Below are positions 16,865 through 25,241 of a DNA stretch of 35,619 nucleotides, one piece after another. A program made the position numbers and the translations under genes. The DNA lies in assembly GCA_945890595.1 (NCBI GenBank), contig CAMDCQ010000002.1:1-35619 (forward strand), in the 5' to 3' direction. The notes under the pieces are model-generated. The model ran no database searches. It saw nothing but the letters and a program-made list of their open reading frames with translations, and was not told the DNA's origin. Source of the stretch: Chitinophaga pinensis. GTDB lineage: Bacteria; Bacteroidota; Bacteroidia; NS11-12g; UBA9320. Position 1 is the first letter of the stretch. Every line of letters starts with the position of its first letter.

Positions 16865-17581
16865 ATGAAAAGATTTTTACACGTCGCTCTCTTGTCTTTG
16901 GTAGTAGTAACTTGGGCTAAAGCTCAAAATTGTAACCCAGACGTTACCATCACGCAACCCGGAGTGTATCCAGAGCAACCGGATACTGCCTATATCAATC
17001 AGGCATATGATTTTGTGTTTCAGGTATTAGCTATTAAGGATACAACAACCATGTTTAACGGCCAGTTGGTCAATGCAGATATAGACTCGGTGAAAATTGA
17101 CAATGTATTGGGTTTGCCTGCAGGATTTTCATATAGCTGCGAACCAGCTAATTGTTCATTTACGCATAAAGCTGTGGGGTGTATAAAGTTATCTGGGAAT
17201 CCGACATCTGCTCAATCTGGAGTATATTCTATTAAGATAGCAACGACGGCTTTTGCAAGTTTAGGTTTTTTCAAAATACCAGTAAAGGACACAGCTGATA
17301 ATTATTCGTTGGTAATTATAGGAGCTTCAGCGGTTATAGAAAAAAATGTGGAGATAGTCAATATTTACCCAAATCCTGCGGTGTCAGGTAAGTTTTTAGT
17401 AGCGACTAAATCACCTGCTAGTTCAATACAACTAACTGATTTACAGGGAAAAATTGTGAAATTTGATTTAGTTGAAAATAACAATGTGTACAGCCTTGAT
17501 ATTAGCGCTTTGCCAAAAGGCGTTTATCTAATTAATTTAGAAATAGACTATAAAACGTATACACACAAGATAATCCACTAG
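16865..17581 (+). CDS. Secreted protein with T9SS (Por) C-terminal sorting domain
   Basis: ATG 16865 gives the signal peptide MKRFLHVALLSLVVVTWAKAQ. The C-terminus VNIYPNPAVSGKFLV...LTDLQGKIV...LPKGVYLINLE...HKII matches the T9SS type-A sorting-domain pattern. Confidence 0.8.
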   Translation: MKRFLHVALLSLVVVTWAKAQNCNPDVTITQPGVYPEQPDTAYINQAYDFVFQVLAIKDTTTMFNGQLVNADIDSVKIDNVLGLPAGFSYSCEPANCSFTHKAVGCIKLSGNPTSAQSGVYSIKIATTAFASLGFFKIPVKDTADNYSLVIIGASAVIEKNVEIVNIYPNPAVSGKFLVATKSPASSIQLTDLQGKIVKFDLVENNNVYSLDISALPKGVYLINLEIDYKTYTHKIIH

Positions 17582-17622
17582 CATAATTATATGCAGTAGA
17601 GATTACTCTTATCTTTGCTGCA

Positions 17623-20010
17623 ATGGCAAATACATCTGCATCTCCCGATTCACTATCCAAAGATGAATTTATTCAAGAGGTAATTACAGACTATATCATT
17701 GCGTACAAAAGTAGGCAAGCTTCGCTTATTGGTCGAAAAGAAGTACTAACGGGCAAAGCCAAGTTTGGTATTTTCGGTGACGGTAAGGAAGTTGCACAAG
17801 TAGCAATGGCTCGCTATATGAGAAATGGTGATTTTAGAGCAGGTTACTACAGAGATCAAACATTGATGTTTGCACTTGGCCTTAGCGATGTACAGAAGTT
17901 TTTTGCGCAACTTTATGCTCATCCCAGTGCAGAACACGAGCCGAGCAGTGCTGGTAGAAGTATGAATGGGCATTTCGGTACTAGAATGCTAGATGATAAT
18001 GGAGATTGGCTAAAGCAAACAGACCGCATTAATATCTCATCGGATATTTCGCCTACTGCTGGTCAAATGCCCCGCGTACTCGGATTGGCTTTTGCATCTA
18101 AAGTGTATAAAGAAAATGAAAACCTGCATCACAAGACAGATTTTTCGGATCAAGGAAATGAAATTGCTTGGGGTACCATTGGAAACGCAAGTACATCTGA
18201 GGGTCATTTTTGGGAAAGTATAAATGCCGCTGGCGTTATGCAAGTTCCGATGTTAATTAGCATTTGGGATGATGAGTACGGTATATCTGTGCATGCAAAA
18301 CATCAAACTACAAAACAAAATCTTACCGCCATCTTATCTGGGTTTAAAACAGATAAGTTTGGTAAAGGAATAGAGCTTATAACGGTAAACGGATGGGATT
18401 ATCCTGCGCTAATGAATGCCTATAAAAAGGCGTCTGAAGTATGCAGAACAACACACACACCCGTTGTAGTGCATGTAAAAGAACTAACTCAGCCACAAGG
18501 TCATTCTACTTCTGGATCGCATGAGCGATATAAATCTCCAGAAAGATTAGCATGGGAGATAGAACACGACTGTTTGACACAAATGAGATCATGGATTATT
18601 AGCACCAATCTAGCTAGTGAAGATGAGATTTTGGTACTCGAGCAAGAAGCCGAGCAAGAAGCTAAGGTTGCAAAAAAAGACGCGTGGATAGCATTTACTT
18701 CTGAAATAAAACAAGAAATAGAAGAAGCTTGTAACGTCCTAAAAATAGTGGATGATGTTGCGTCAAGTTCATTAAAGGCAATAACAGATGCGGGAAGAAA
18801 AGATATACTAAAAACTATACATGCTACCTTAAGAGCCAACATTGGGAATCACACGCAGGAAGTAAATTCCTTGAAAGAATTTTACGAAGCCTACTTAGCA
18901 AAATATCAAGATGTTTATAGCAGCCACTTGCATAGTCAATCTGCTAATAGCGCACTGAGTGTATCAGAAGTTAAACCGGAGTATGACCACAATAGTGAAG
19001 AGTTAAATGGCTTCGAAATTTTAAATAAAACATTTGATTTTCTTTTATCCAACCATCCTGAAGTCATCGCATTCGGCGAGGACGTTGGTAAAATTGGAGA
19101 TGTAAATCAAGGCTTTGCAGGACTGCAAGAAAAACACGGAAAAACACGTGTAATGGATATGGGCATACGGGAAAATACAATTGTCGGTCAGGCAATTGGA
19201 GCATCTCTACGCGGTCTAAGACCTATTGCAGAAATTCAATACTTAGACTACCTTCTTTACGGTGTTCAAATGATGAGCGACGATATCGCAACGGTTCAAT
19301 ACAGAACCAAAGGTGGTCAGAAATATCCACTTATAATACGAACTAGAGGTCATCGACTAGAGGGGATATGGCACAGTGGTTCTCCTATGGGGATGATATT
19401 AAATGCTGTTAGAGGAATGAATGTACTAGTGCCAAGAGATATGACAAGAGCTGCTGGATTTTACAATACCTTAATGCTAAGTGATGAACCAGCTATCGTA
19501 GTAGAATGTTTAAATGGCTATAGGCTTAAGGAGAAACTGCCAACAAATTTAAGTAGCTTCACCGTTCCCGTAGGTGTGCCAGAAACCTTAATTGAGGGAA
19601 ATGATGTTACCGTCATTACGTATGGTTCTTGCATTAGAATTGCGCAAGACGGGATAAAGCTCTTAAACGAAAAGGGAATTTCTGTAGAACTCATAGATGT
19701 TCAATCCCTATTGCCGTTTGATGTACACCATAACATCGTTGAATCTCTCAAAAAAACCAACAAAGTTGTGTTTATGGATGAAGATGTAAAAGGTGGCGCA
19801 ACGGGTTTTATGATGCAAAAAGTATTAGAAGAGCAAGGTGGATATCAGTACCTTGACAGTGCACCTAGGACACTTACTTCTCAAGATCATAGACCTGCGT
19901 ATGGTACAGATGGAGATTATTTTTCCAAATCAAATCCTGAAGAACTGTTTGATTTAGTGTATGGTATGATGAGCGAATATAATCCGTCTACATACCCTGG
20001 TTTTGAATAG
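17623..20010 (+). CDS. Fused E1 alpha/beta subunit of a 2-oxoacid (branched-chain-type) dehydrogenase, TPP-dependent
   Basis: The 795-aa protein has an E1-alpha-like TPP-binding N-terminal half. The C-terminal half is E1-beta/transketolase-like (FGEDVGKIGDVNQGF..., MDMGIRENTIVGQAIGASLRGLRPIAEIQYLDY). Confidence 0.9.
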   Translation: MANTSASPDSLSKDEFIQEVITDYIIAYKSRQASLIGRKEVLTGKAKFGIFGDGKEVAQVAMARYMRNGDFRAGYYRDQTLMFALGLSDVQKFFAQLYAHPSAEHEPSSAGRSMNGHFGTRMLDDNGDWLKQTDRINISSDISPTAGQMPRVLGLAFASKVYKENENLHHKTDFSDQGNEIAWGTIGNASTSEGHFWESINAAGVMQVPMLISIWDDEYGISVHAKHQTTKQNLTAILSGFKTDKFGKGIELITVNGWDYPALMNAYKKASEVCRTTHTPVVVHVKELTQPQGHSTSGSHERYKSPERLAWEIEHDCLTQMRSWIISTNLASEDEILVLEQEAEQEAKVAKKDAWIAFTSEIKQEIEEACNVLKIVDDVASSSLKAITDAGRKDILKTIHATLRANIGNHTQEVNSLKEFYEAYLAKYQDVYSSHLHSQSANSALSVSEVKPEYDHNSEELNGFEILNKTFDFLLSNHPEVIAFGEDVGKIGDVNQGFAGLQEKHGKTRVMDMGIRENTIVGQAIGASLRGLRPIAEIQYLDYLLYGVQMMSDDIATVQYRTKGGQKYPLIIRTRGHRLEGIWHSGSPMGMILNAVRGMNVLVPRDMTRAAGFYNTLMLSDEPAIVVECLNGYRLKEKLPTNLSSFTVPVGVPETLIEGNDVTVITYGSCIRIAQDGIKLLNEKGISVELIDVQSLLPFDVHHNIVESLKKTNKVVFMDEDVKGGATGFMMQKVLEEQGGYQYLDSAPRTLTSQDHRPAYGTDGDYFSKSNPEELFDLVYGMMSEYNPSTYPGFE

Positions 20011-20026
20011 ATTGTCTTAGGACCAA

Positions 20027-20428
20027 ATGCCACTCATCAAAGAAAATCCCAAAACAAAGGTCGTAATAGATCCAGAAATTCTGGAAGAGGTAAGTGAAGA
20101 GGCGCAAGTTGTGGTCCATTGTTCTTTTTATAATGACCCAACTTTTTATGAAGGTGACATAGGACTCCGCGTATGGAAAGAAACCTTTATTATTGATGAG
20201 CAAACCGGGTTTATAAACCAAATGGTTAAAGCGTTCAGTATAGTCTATCAACCTGAATGGGAATGGATTAAACCAGGACAAACTAAACGTTTCACTATGG
20301 TTTTTGATGCATTACCTAAAGCATGTGTTTCATTTACACTAGCAGAAATAATCAACCAACCGGGGCCATTTGTGGTAAAGGGAATTGCACGAAATAACTC
20401 GGACATTTACCATGTTAAACTAGATTAG
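20027..20428 (+). CDS. Hypothetical protein (133 aa)
   Basis: It begins 16 nt after the E1 gene on the same strand and has balanced composition. I recognise no motif. Confidence 0.6.
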   Translation: MPLIKENPKTKVVIDPEILEEVSEEAQVVVHCSFYNDPTFYEGDIGLRVWKETFIIDEQTGFINQMVKAFSIVYQPEWEWIKPGQTKRFTMVFDALPKACVSFTLAEIINQPGPFVVKGIARNNSDIYHVKLD

Positions 20429-20438
20429 CATAAGAGAA

Positions 20439-21074
20439 ATGAATATACCTCCTGAAATGACGGCTATGTGGAATAGTAGATATGCTGCCAATGAATATGC
20501 TTATGGCATAGCTCCTAATCAGTTTTTAAAAACAGTATTAGAACAGTATGATAAAGGCGGGGATATTCTATTTCCAGCAGAAGGCGAGGGGCGTAATGCA
20601 GTATACGCAGCAACTCAGAAGTGGAATGTGACAGCATTTGATATAAGTACTGAAGGTCAGAAAAAAGCACTTAAACTGGCGGCAGAACAGCAGGTAGAAA
20701 TCAACTATGAAGTAGGTGACTTTATGGAACTCGAACTTAGGAATAAAAAGTTTGACGCCGCTGCCCTTATATATGCTCATTTCCCAGCACATTTAATTTC
20801 TACCTATCATCAAAAAATAGCGGAAATGATACATCCTGGGGGATTGATTATTTTGGAGGGATTTAGCAAAGGTCACTTGCCATTAAGAGAAGAAAATCCG
20901 GCTATTGGAGGACCCAATTCTCTCGATATGTTATTTTCACTTGAAGGTATTCAAAATGATTTCTCTGGTTTTGAAACCCTACAGTTAGAAGAAGTTGAGG
21001 TACAATTAAGCGAGGGCCTTTACCATAACGGTACTGGAAAAGTGATCCGTTTTATCGGTCAAAAGTCACAATAG
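20439..21074 (+). CDS. Class I SAM-dependent methyltransferase
   Basis: The 211-aa protein has a motif-I-like segment ILFPAEGEGRNAVYAA followed by AFDIS and then ALIYAH. This is the typical small Rossmann-fold methyltransferase layout. Confidence 0.75.
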   Translation: MNIPPEMTAMWNSRYAANEYAYGIAPNQFLKTVLEQYDKGGDILFPAEGEGRNAVYAATQKWNVTAFDISTEGQKKALKLAAEQQVEINYEVGDFMELELRNKKFDAAALIYAHFPAHLISTYHQKIAEMIHPGGLIILEGFSKGHLPLREENPAIGGPNSLDMLFSLEGIQNDFSGFETLQLEEVEVQLSEGLYHNGTGKVIRFIGQKSQ

Positions 21075-21091
21075 TCAAAACCTAGGTAAGC

Positions 21092-22558
21092 TTATTTTTT
21101 ATCTAGGTCTGCTAAGAACTTTTCTGCTTTGTGCAGATAGACATCCATTTTTGACCCTTCCATCTTCCTAGCCATACTCACCATCATGCTCATACGTCTA
21201 TTTTTACTAAATTCTTCTTGATTTCCGTAAATGAATCTCCAATATAAGGAGTTCCATACTTCGCACCAGTCTCCCTTGTCGTAGTCGCTCATTTTTAGCA
21301 CGTAGTTGCTACCACTACAGTATGGTTTGGTCGTCATTAGTCCACCATCAGCATACTGCGTCATTCCGTATACATTGGGTACCATTACCCAATCATAGGC
21401 ATCCACATACATTTCCATAAACCACCGGTGCACCTCATCGGGGTCAAATTCGCAGAGTAGCATAAAATTACCAAAAAGCATTAGCCTCTCTATGTGGTGG
21501 GAATAACCTGTTTTCAGAAGCTTTTTTATGGTTTCATCTAGTGGAGTTATGCCCGTATCTCCTGTCCAGAAACTTTCGGGTATTTTTCGCGAGTACCCAA
21601 AATGATTTGTAGTTCTTTGTTTTACACCCTCTAGTAAGTACACTCCACGAATAAATTCTCGCCAGCCTAGTATTTGCCTAATAAATCCTTCAAGGCTATT
21701 CAAAGGAAAGTCGTGCTTCTTATGTGCATTCAGTACTACATTTATAACCTGCTTAGGATTTAATAGACCTATGTTAAGCATGGGAGTAAGTACCGAGTGC
21801 CAAAGCCAGTGTTCCTCTTTAACCATAGCATCCTCGTAGTCTCCAAAATGCTCAAATCGTTCTTGTATAAATAGATGTAAATGTTCTTCTGCGTCAGCAT
21901 GCGTGACAGCATAGTACGATTCATCTAAATCTCCATAGTTGTCTTTGAAATGTTTTTCAACGTATATTTTAGCTTCGTTGACGTAGGTATTGGAATTGGG
22001 AAGTTTTACGTTTGGAATTGGTGTACCCTTAGGCACCTTCTTTCTATTTTCGGTATCAAAACTCCATTTGCCTCCTAATGGTTTTTCGTTTTCCTCCAAC
22101 AGGATGTTATGTTTCTTGCGTGATTCTGTATAGAAGTTTGCCAAAAAATAGCTTTTCTGCTTATTGAGCATTTCTGCTACTTCTGATTCCGTATTTATAA
22201 AATTGGGATTAGTATATCGAATTAGCTTGATGCTAAGCTTTTTTGCATAACGGTTAAGTCTTCGTTCTAGCAGATAATCATCGGTAAGGTAGCAATGAAT
22301 TTCATGATCTTTTAACTCGGTGAGTAATTTCTCAATTCCGAGGTAATCTGTAACTGGAATGTATCTTACGTCTGAGTTAATCGAAATTAAATCTGCATAG
22401 TATTTCATGCTGGCCCTGTGAAGGAGCAGCTTCTGTTTGTGAAATTTATAGTGTGTAAAGTAAAGGTGGTCCTCAATTAGGTAAACAACATCACAGTTAG
22501 TTACGACCTTAGATTCTTTAAATAGCTGATGCGGAAATACAATACCTACTTTTTTCAT
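21092..22558 (-). CDS. Cryptochrome/photolyase-family protein of the photolyase-related (FeS-BCP / bacterial 6-4 photolyase-like, COG3046-type) group
   Basis: The 488-aa protein shows GWREFIRGVY, TGYSHHIERLM, DAYDWVMVPNVYGM and TKPYCSGSNYVLKMSDY, patterns typical of this family. Its start overlaps the upstream gene by 4 nt. Confidence 0.8.
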   Translation of the reverse strand: MKKVGIVFPHQLFKESKVVTNCDVVYLIEDHLYFTHYKFHKQKLLLHRASMKYYADLISINSDVRYIPVTDYLGIEKLLTELKDHEIHCYLTDDYLLERRLNRYAKKLSIKLIRYTNPNFINTESEVAEMLNKQKSYFLANFYTESRKKHNILLEENEKPLGGKWSFDTENRKKVPKGTPIPNVKLPNSNTYVNEAKIYVEKHFKDNYGDLDESYYAVTHADAEEHLHLFIQERFEHFGDYEDAMVKEEHWLWHSVLTPMLNIGLLNPKQVINVVLNAHKKHDFPLNSLEGFIRQILGWREFIRGVYLLEGVKQRTTNHFGYSRKIPESFWTGDTGITPLDETIKKLLKTGYSHHIERLMLFGNFMLLCEFDPDEVHRWFMEMYVDAYDWVMVPNVYGMTQYADGGLMTTKPYCSGSNYVLKMSDYDKGDWCEVWNSLYWRFIYGNQEEFSKNRRMSMMVSMARKMEGSKMDVYLHKAEKFLADLDKK

Positions 22559-23115
22559 ATTATAATAATTCCTTCAGCGGGATTTCCTATTTCTTGATGT
22601 CTGTTCTCTTGGTGTCGAGTCCCAATAAGCAGGGCAATAAGCGCGTCTACTTGATGCCAATTTTGAGGTTGTTGGGCTAAAACAAAACGTTCTTTATGGT
22701 GTAATTCAGCTATAAATAAATGTATATCTACTTTATAATGAACACTTTGAACTATTTCAGATTGGAAGAAAGCAGGGTATATCTCGTGAAAGGTTAATGC
22801 TTTTAAAGCGTGTTTAAGACTCATCGCTCTTGCAGTTAATCCGCCTAAAAACATAGGTGACATAGCACGTGTTAATTTATCTGCTTCTCGATAATGATAG
22901 CTGTCCCCATTATTATAATACGCCGCCGGTAAACTTAAAGGAGCATCTAAATAGACAATATCAGCATGCAGAAATATCAACTCATTTCGGAGCCAAGCAT
23001 CAGCATCTTTTTTTTTGTCTACTTGACTAAAGGTGACTTGGTCATTAGTGTAATGAGCTAATACAGTATTACCGCTCATTTTAGCACCATAGTCTATGCC
23101 AACTATTTTAGCCAT
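22555..23115 (-). CDS. RNase H-fold-like protein (YqgF/RuvX- or DUF429-like N-terminal motif)
   Basis: The 186-aa protein has an N-terminal [13 protein letters not shown] acidic motif and later IVYLDAPLSLP and HQVDALIALL. It is translationally coupled to both flanking photolyase-family genes. Confidence 0.6.
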   Translation of the reverse strand: MAKIVGIDYGAKMSGNTVLAHYTNDQVTFSQVDKKKDADAWLRNELIFLHADIVYLDAPLSLPAAYYNNGDSYHYREADKLTRAMSPMFLGGLTARAMSLKHALKALTFHEIYPAFFQSEIVQSVHYKVDIHLFIAELHHKERFVLAQQPQNWHQVDALIALLIGTRHQENRHQEIGNPAEGIIII

Positions 23116-24323
23116 AGTTTTCTATACGTACCTTCGCTATCATAGCGTTCAGCTTGTAATTTTGTGTTGAATTTTCTGAATGGTCTAGCATCGTGACCAA
23201 CTCCAGCGATATACATCCAATTTCCCCAGTTACTTGCGGGATCATAATCTACCAATGCGCTTTCAAAATAAGCTGCACCCCATCGCCAATCTTGTTTTAA
23301 ATCGTGTATCAGAAAGCTAGCAGTATTCTGTCTTCCTCTATTACTCATCCAGCTTGTAGTATTTAACTCACGCATATTAGCATCAACTAAATCATCGCCA
23401 GTATTACCTTGCATCCATTTTTCAAATGCTGCCGTGTTGCTGGTGTAACGTATTTGTTTTTGCTGAATGCCACCTACTTGAAAAAATAACGATCCCCATA
23501 ATTGCAGTTGTAATTGAAAAAAATCTCTCCACAGTAATTCATAAATAAGCCAATACGTTGATTTATTGGATTCTATTTCTTCTTCGTATCGCACTATATA
23601 ATCAAAAATAGTACGTGGTGTTATGTTACCTATGGCGAGCCAAGGAGATAATCTACTAGAAAAGTCTGTGCCCAACATTCCGTTTCTAGTTAATTCGTAC
23701 GTAGATAGAAGCTGAGATTCTGTAAAGTAGTATGTTAACCTGTTTAACGCTTGAGTCTCGCCGCCAACCAGGTTATAGGTTGTACTTACAGTTGGAAGCA
23801 AGGGTAATTGTATGGTTTCTTGATACGCTCCTTCAGCACCTACAGCATTTTTAAATTGCGTAAATACGGACGGCATATTATCCAGCGTAAATGGTAAGTT
23901 GTTTTTATCGACTAGCGTAAAATCATCAAATACGTAGGTTGTTCCCTTAAAAATAGATGTTATTGATTGCTCGATACTTAGTTCCTCTGTGCCATAAAGT
24001 TTCTGGTAACTGAGCACTTCGTTATTTAACACAGTGCTTGCTATTAATTCCTCCACACTTTGAAATATATGAAGTTGAACATGTAAAGAACTTAAAGAGT
24101 CTCGCAATTCTTGGAGGGATTGTTCCAAAAATAATTTACGGTGATTTCCGATTTTTGGAAATCCCAAATTGAACACCGATTCTATTTCTTTTTCATGCAC
24201 ATAAAATGCAGTGACGGTTGAAAATGAGCCAAGATTTGAAAAAATGGCATGATCGTTTACCCGTTGGTCTTTTCTAAACCAATGTACAATGCTTTTATTT
24301 TTTAGTTCTTCTACAACGCTCAC
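23103..24323 (-). CDS. Cryptochrome DASH-type photolyase-family protein
   Basis: The N-terminus has [14 protein letters not shown]. The C-terminus has [52 protein letters not shown]; the MSNRGRQ signature is typical of Cry-DASH. The start codon is GTG. Confidence 0.85.
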   Translation of the reverse strand: MSVVEELKNKSIVHWFRKDQRVNDHAIFSNLGSFSTVTAFYVHEKEIESVFNLGFPKIGNHRKLFLEQSLQELRDSLSSLHVQLHIFQSVEELIASTVLNNEVLSYQKLYGTEELSIEQSITSIFKGTTYVFDDFTLVDKNNLPFTLDNMPSVFTQFKNAVGAEGAYQETIQLPLLPTVSTTYNLVGGETQALNRLTYYFTESQLLSTYELTRNGMLGTDFSSRLSPWLAIGNITPRTIFDYIVRYEEEIESNKSTYWLIYELLWRDFFQLQLQLWGSLFFQVGGIQQKQIRYTSNTAAFEKWMQGNTGDDLVDANMRELNTTSWMSNRGRQNTASFLIHDLKQDWRWGAAYFESALVDYDPASNWGNWMYIAGVGHDARPFRKFNTKLQAERYDSEGTYRKLWLK

Positions 24324-24432
24324 TACAGTACTTTACTTCAGTCCAATTTTTCTCCCATTTCTTACGCCACACAAAAGGAAGATTACATGCCACACAAATT
24401 TTGCTTGGAAGATTTAACTTATGATGTGCCAA
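24295..24432 (-). CDS. DUF2256-like small zinc-ribbon protein (45 aa; not in the ORF track)
   Basis: Hand translation of the minus strand from TTG 24432 gives [45 protein letters not shown] then TAA (24295-24297). The pattern CxxC...[16 protein letters not shown] is what I recall for DUF2256 proteins encoded beside photolyase genes. Confidence 0.7.
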   Translation of the reverse strand: MAHHKLNLPSKICVACNLPFVWRKKWEKNWTEVKYCSERCRRTKK

Positions 24433-24456
24433 TTCAACAATGTATCAAGCTTCTAG

Positions 24457-25125
24457 TTACGAGCTAGCTAGTGTGCTCATACCACCGTCTATACCAATTA
24501 TTTGACCCGTAATCCACTTAGCTGAATCGGAAATAAGAAACTTGGCCATTGCGGCTATATCGTTTGCTTCGCCTATTTTTTTAAGCGGGTGCCTAGCCTC
24601 TGCTCCTTCAATTTGCTTTTCATTTCTAAGTAATTTTATGGCCAACGGGGTGTTGGTAAGACTGGGCGCTATGCAGTTTACACGGATGGTGGGTGCAAAC
24701 TCCGCTGCTAGGGCTTTGGTTAGACCTTCTACAGCTCCTTTTGCGCCACTTATACTGCTGTGAAAAGGCATTCCTTTTTGAACTGCAACGGTGCTAAACA
24801 TTAGAATAGACGGATTTTCAGCTTGTTTTAAATGATCTAAGTAGTGCTGAATAGCTTTTACAGCGCCAAGGTAATTTATAGCAAGATCATTTTCGAAATC
24901 AGATACTTTGAGTGATTTGAATGGCTTTAAGTTTATACTTCCTGGGCAATAAACCAACGCATCAATACTTCCTTCTATCAAAGGAAAATTCGGCTCTGCT
25001 TCGGTTACATCTAGCCCGGTTGACTTACTGGCGATAATGGTTTCTATACCGTCTGCTTGTAGTTGTGCATTTAATTCGGCTCCTATTCCTGTATTGCCAC
25101 CTAGTATTAGTACTCTTTTTATCAT
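24457..25125 (-). CDS. Short-chain dehydrogenase/reductase (SDR) family protein, possibly atypical
   Basis: It has the N-terminal motif ILGGNTGIGAE and an SDR-like core (FSTVAV...GAKGAVEGLTKALAAEFAPTIRVNCIAP). The position of the catalytic Tyr in YxxxK appears to be Ile. Confidence 0.85.
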   Translation of the reverse strand: MIKRVLILGGNTGIGAELNAQLQADGIETIIASKSTGLDVTEAEPNFPLIEGSIDALVYCPGSINLKPFKSLKVSDFENDLAINYLGAVKAIQHYLDHLKQAENPSILMFSTVAVQKGMPFHSSISGAKGAVEGLTKALAAEFAPTIRVNCIAPSLTNTPLAIKLLRNEKQIEGAEARHPLKKIGEANDIAAMAKFLISDSAKWITGQIIGIDGGMSTLASS

Positions 25126-25194
25126 AGGTAAAAAACAAAATAGTTTGAAGAAAGGTTTTTGTGCGAAGCATATTAGCTGCTTAAAAAACGATTC

Positions 25195-25227
25195 AAAAAA
25201 AACCCAAGCGTCGACTTGGGTTTTTTA
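25195..25227 (-). terminator. Rho-independent (bidirectional-looking) terminator after the S41 peptidase gene
   Basis: The hairpin AACCCAAG-cgtcga-CTTGGGTT (25201-25222) is flanked by an A-run on the plus strand and a T-run. Read on the minus strand, it is followed by T8. Confidence 0.8.
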
Positions 25228-25241
25228 ACTCTTTTTAGGGT

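Noticed and set aside
17746-18842. Minus-strand ORFs of 68-113 aa inside the E1 alpha/beta gene (17746-17973, 18037-18243, 18501-18842)
   Set aside because: They are shadow frames of a strongly supported 795-aa gene. The 113-aa one is Ser/Ala/Cys-rich, as expected for the reverse complement of a Glu/Ala-rich stretch.
19988-20281. 97-aa minus-strand ORF competing with the 133-aa plus-strand ORF 20027-20428
   Set aside because: The plus-strand ORF is longer, follows the E1 gene by 16 nt in operon fashion and has normal composition. The minus ORF overlaps the E1 stop and is rich in Phe, Asn and Ile.
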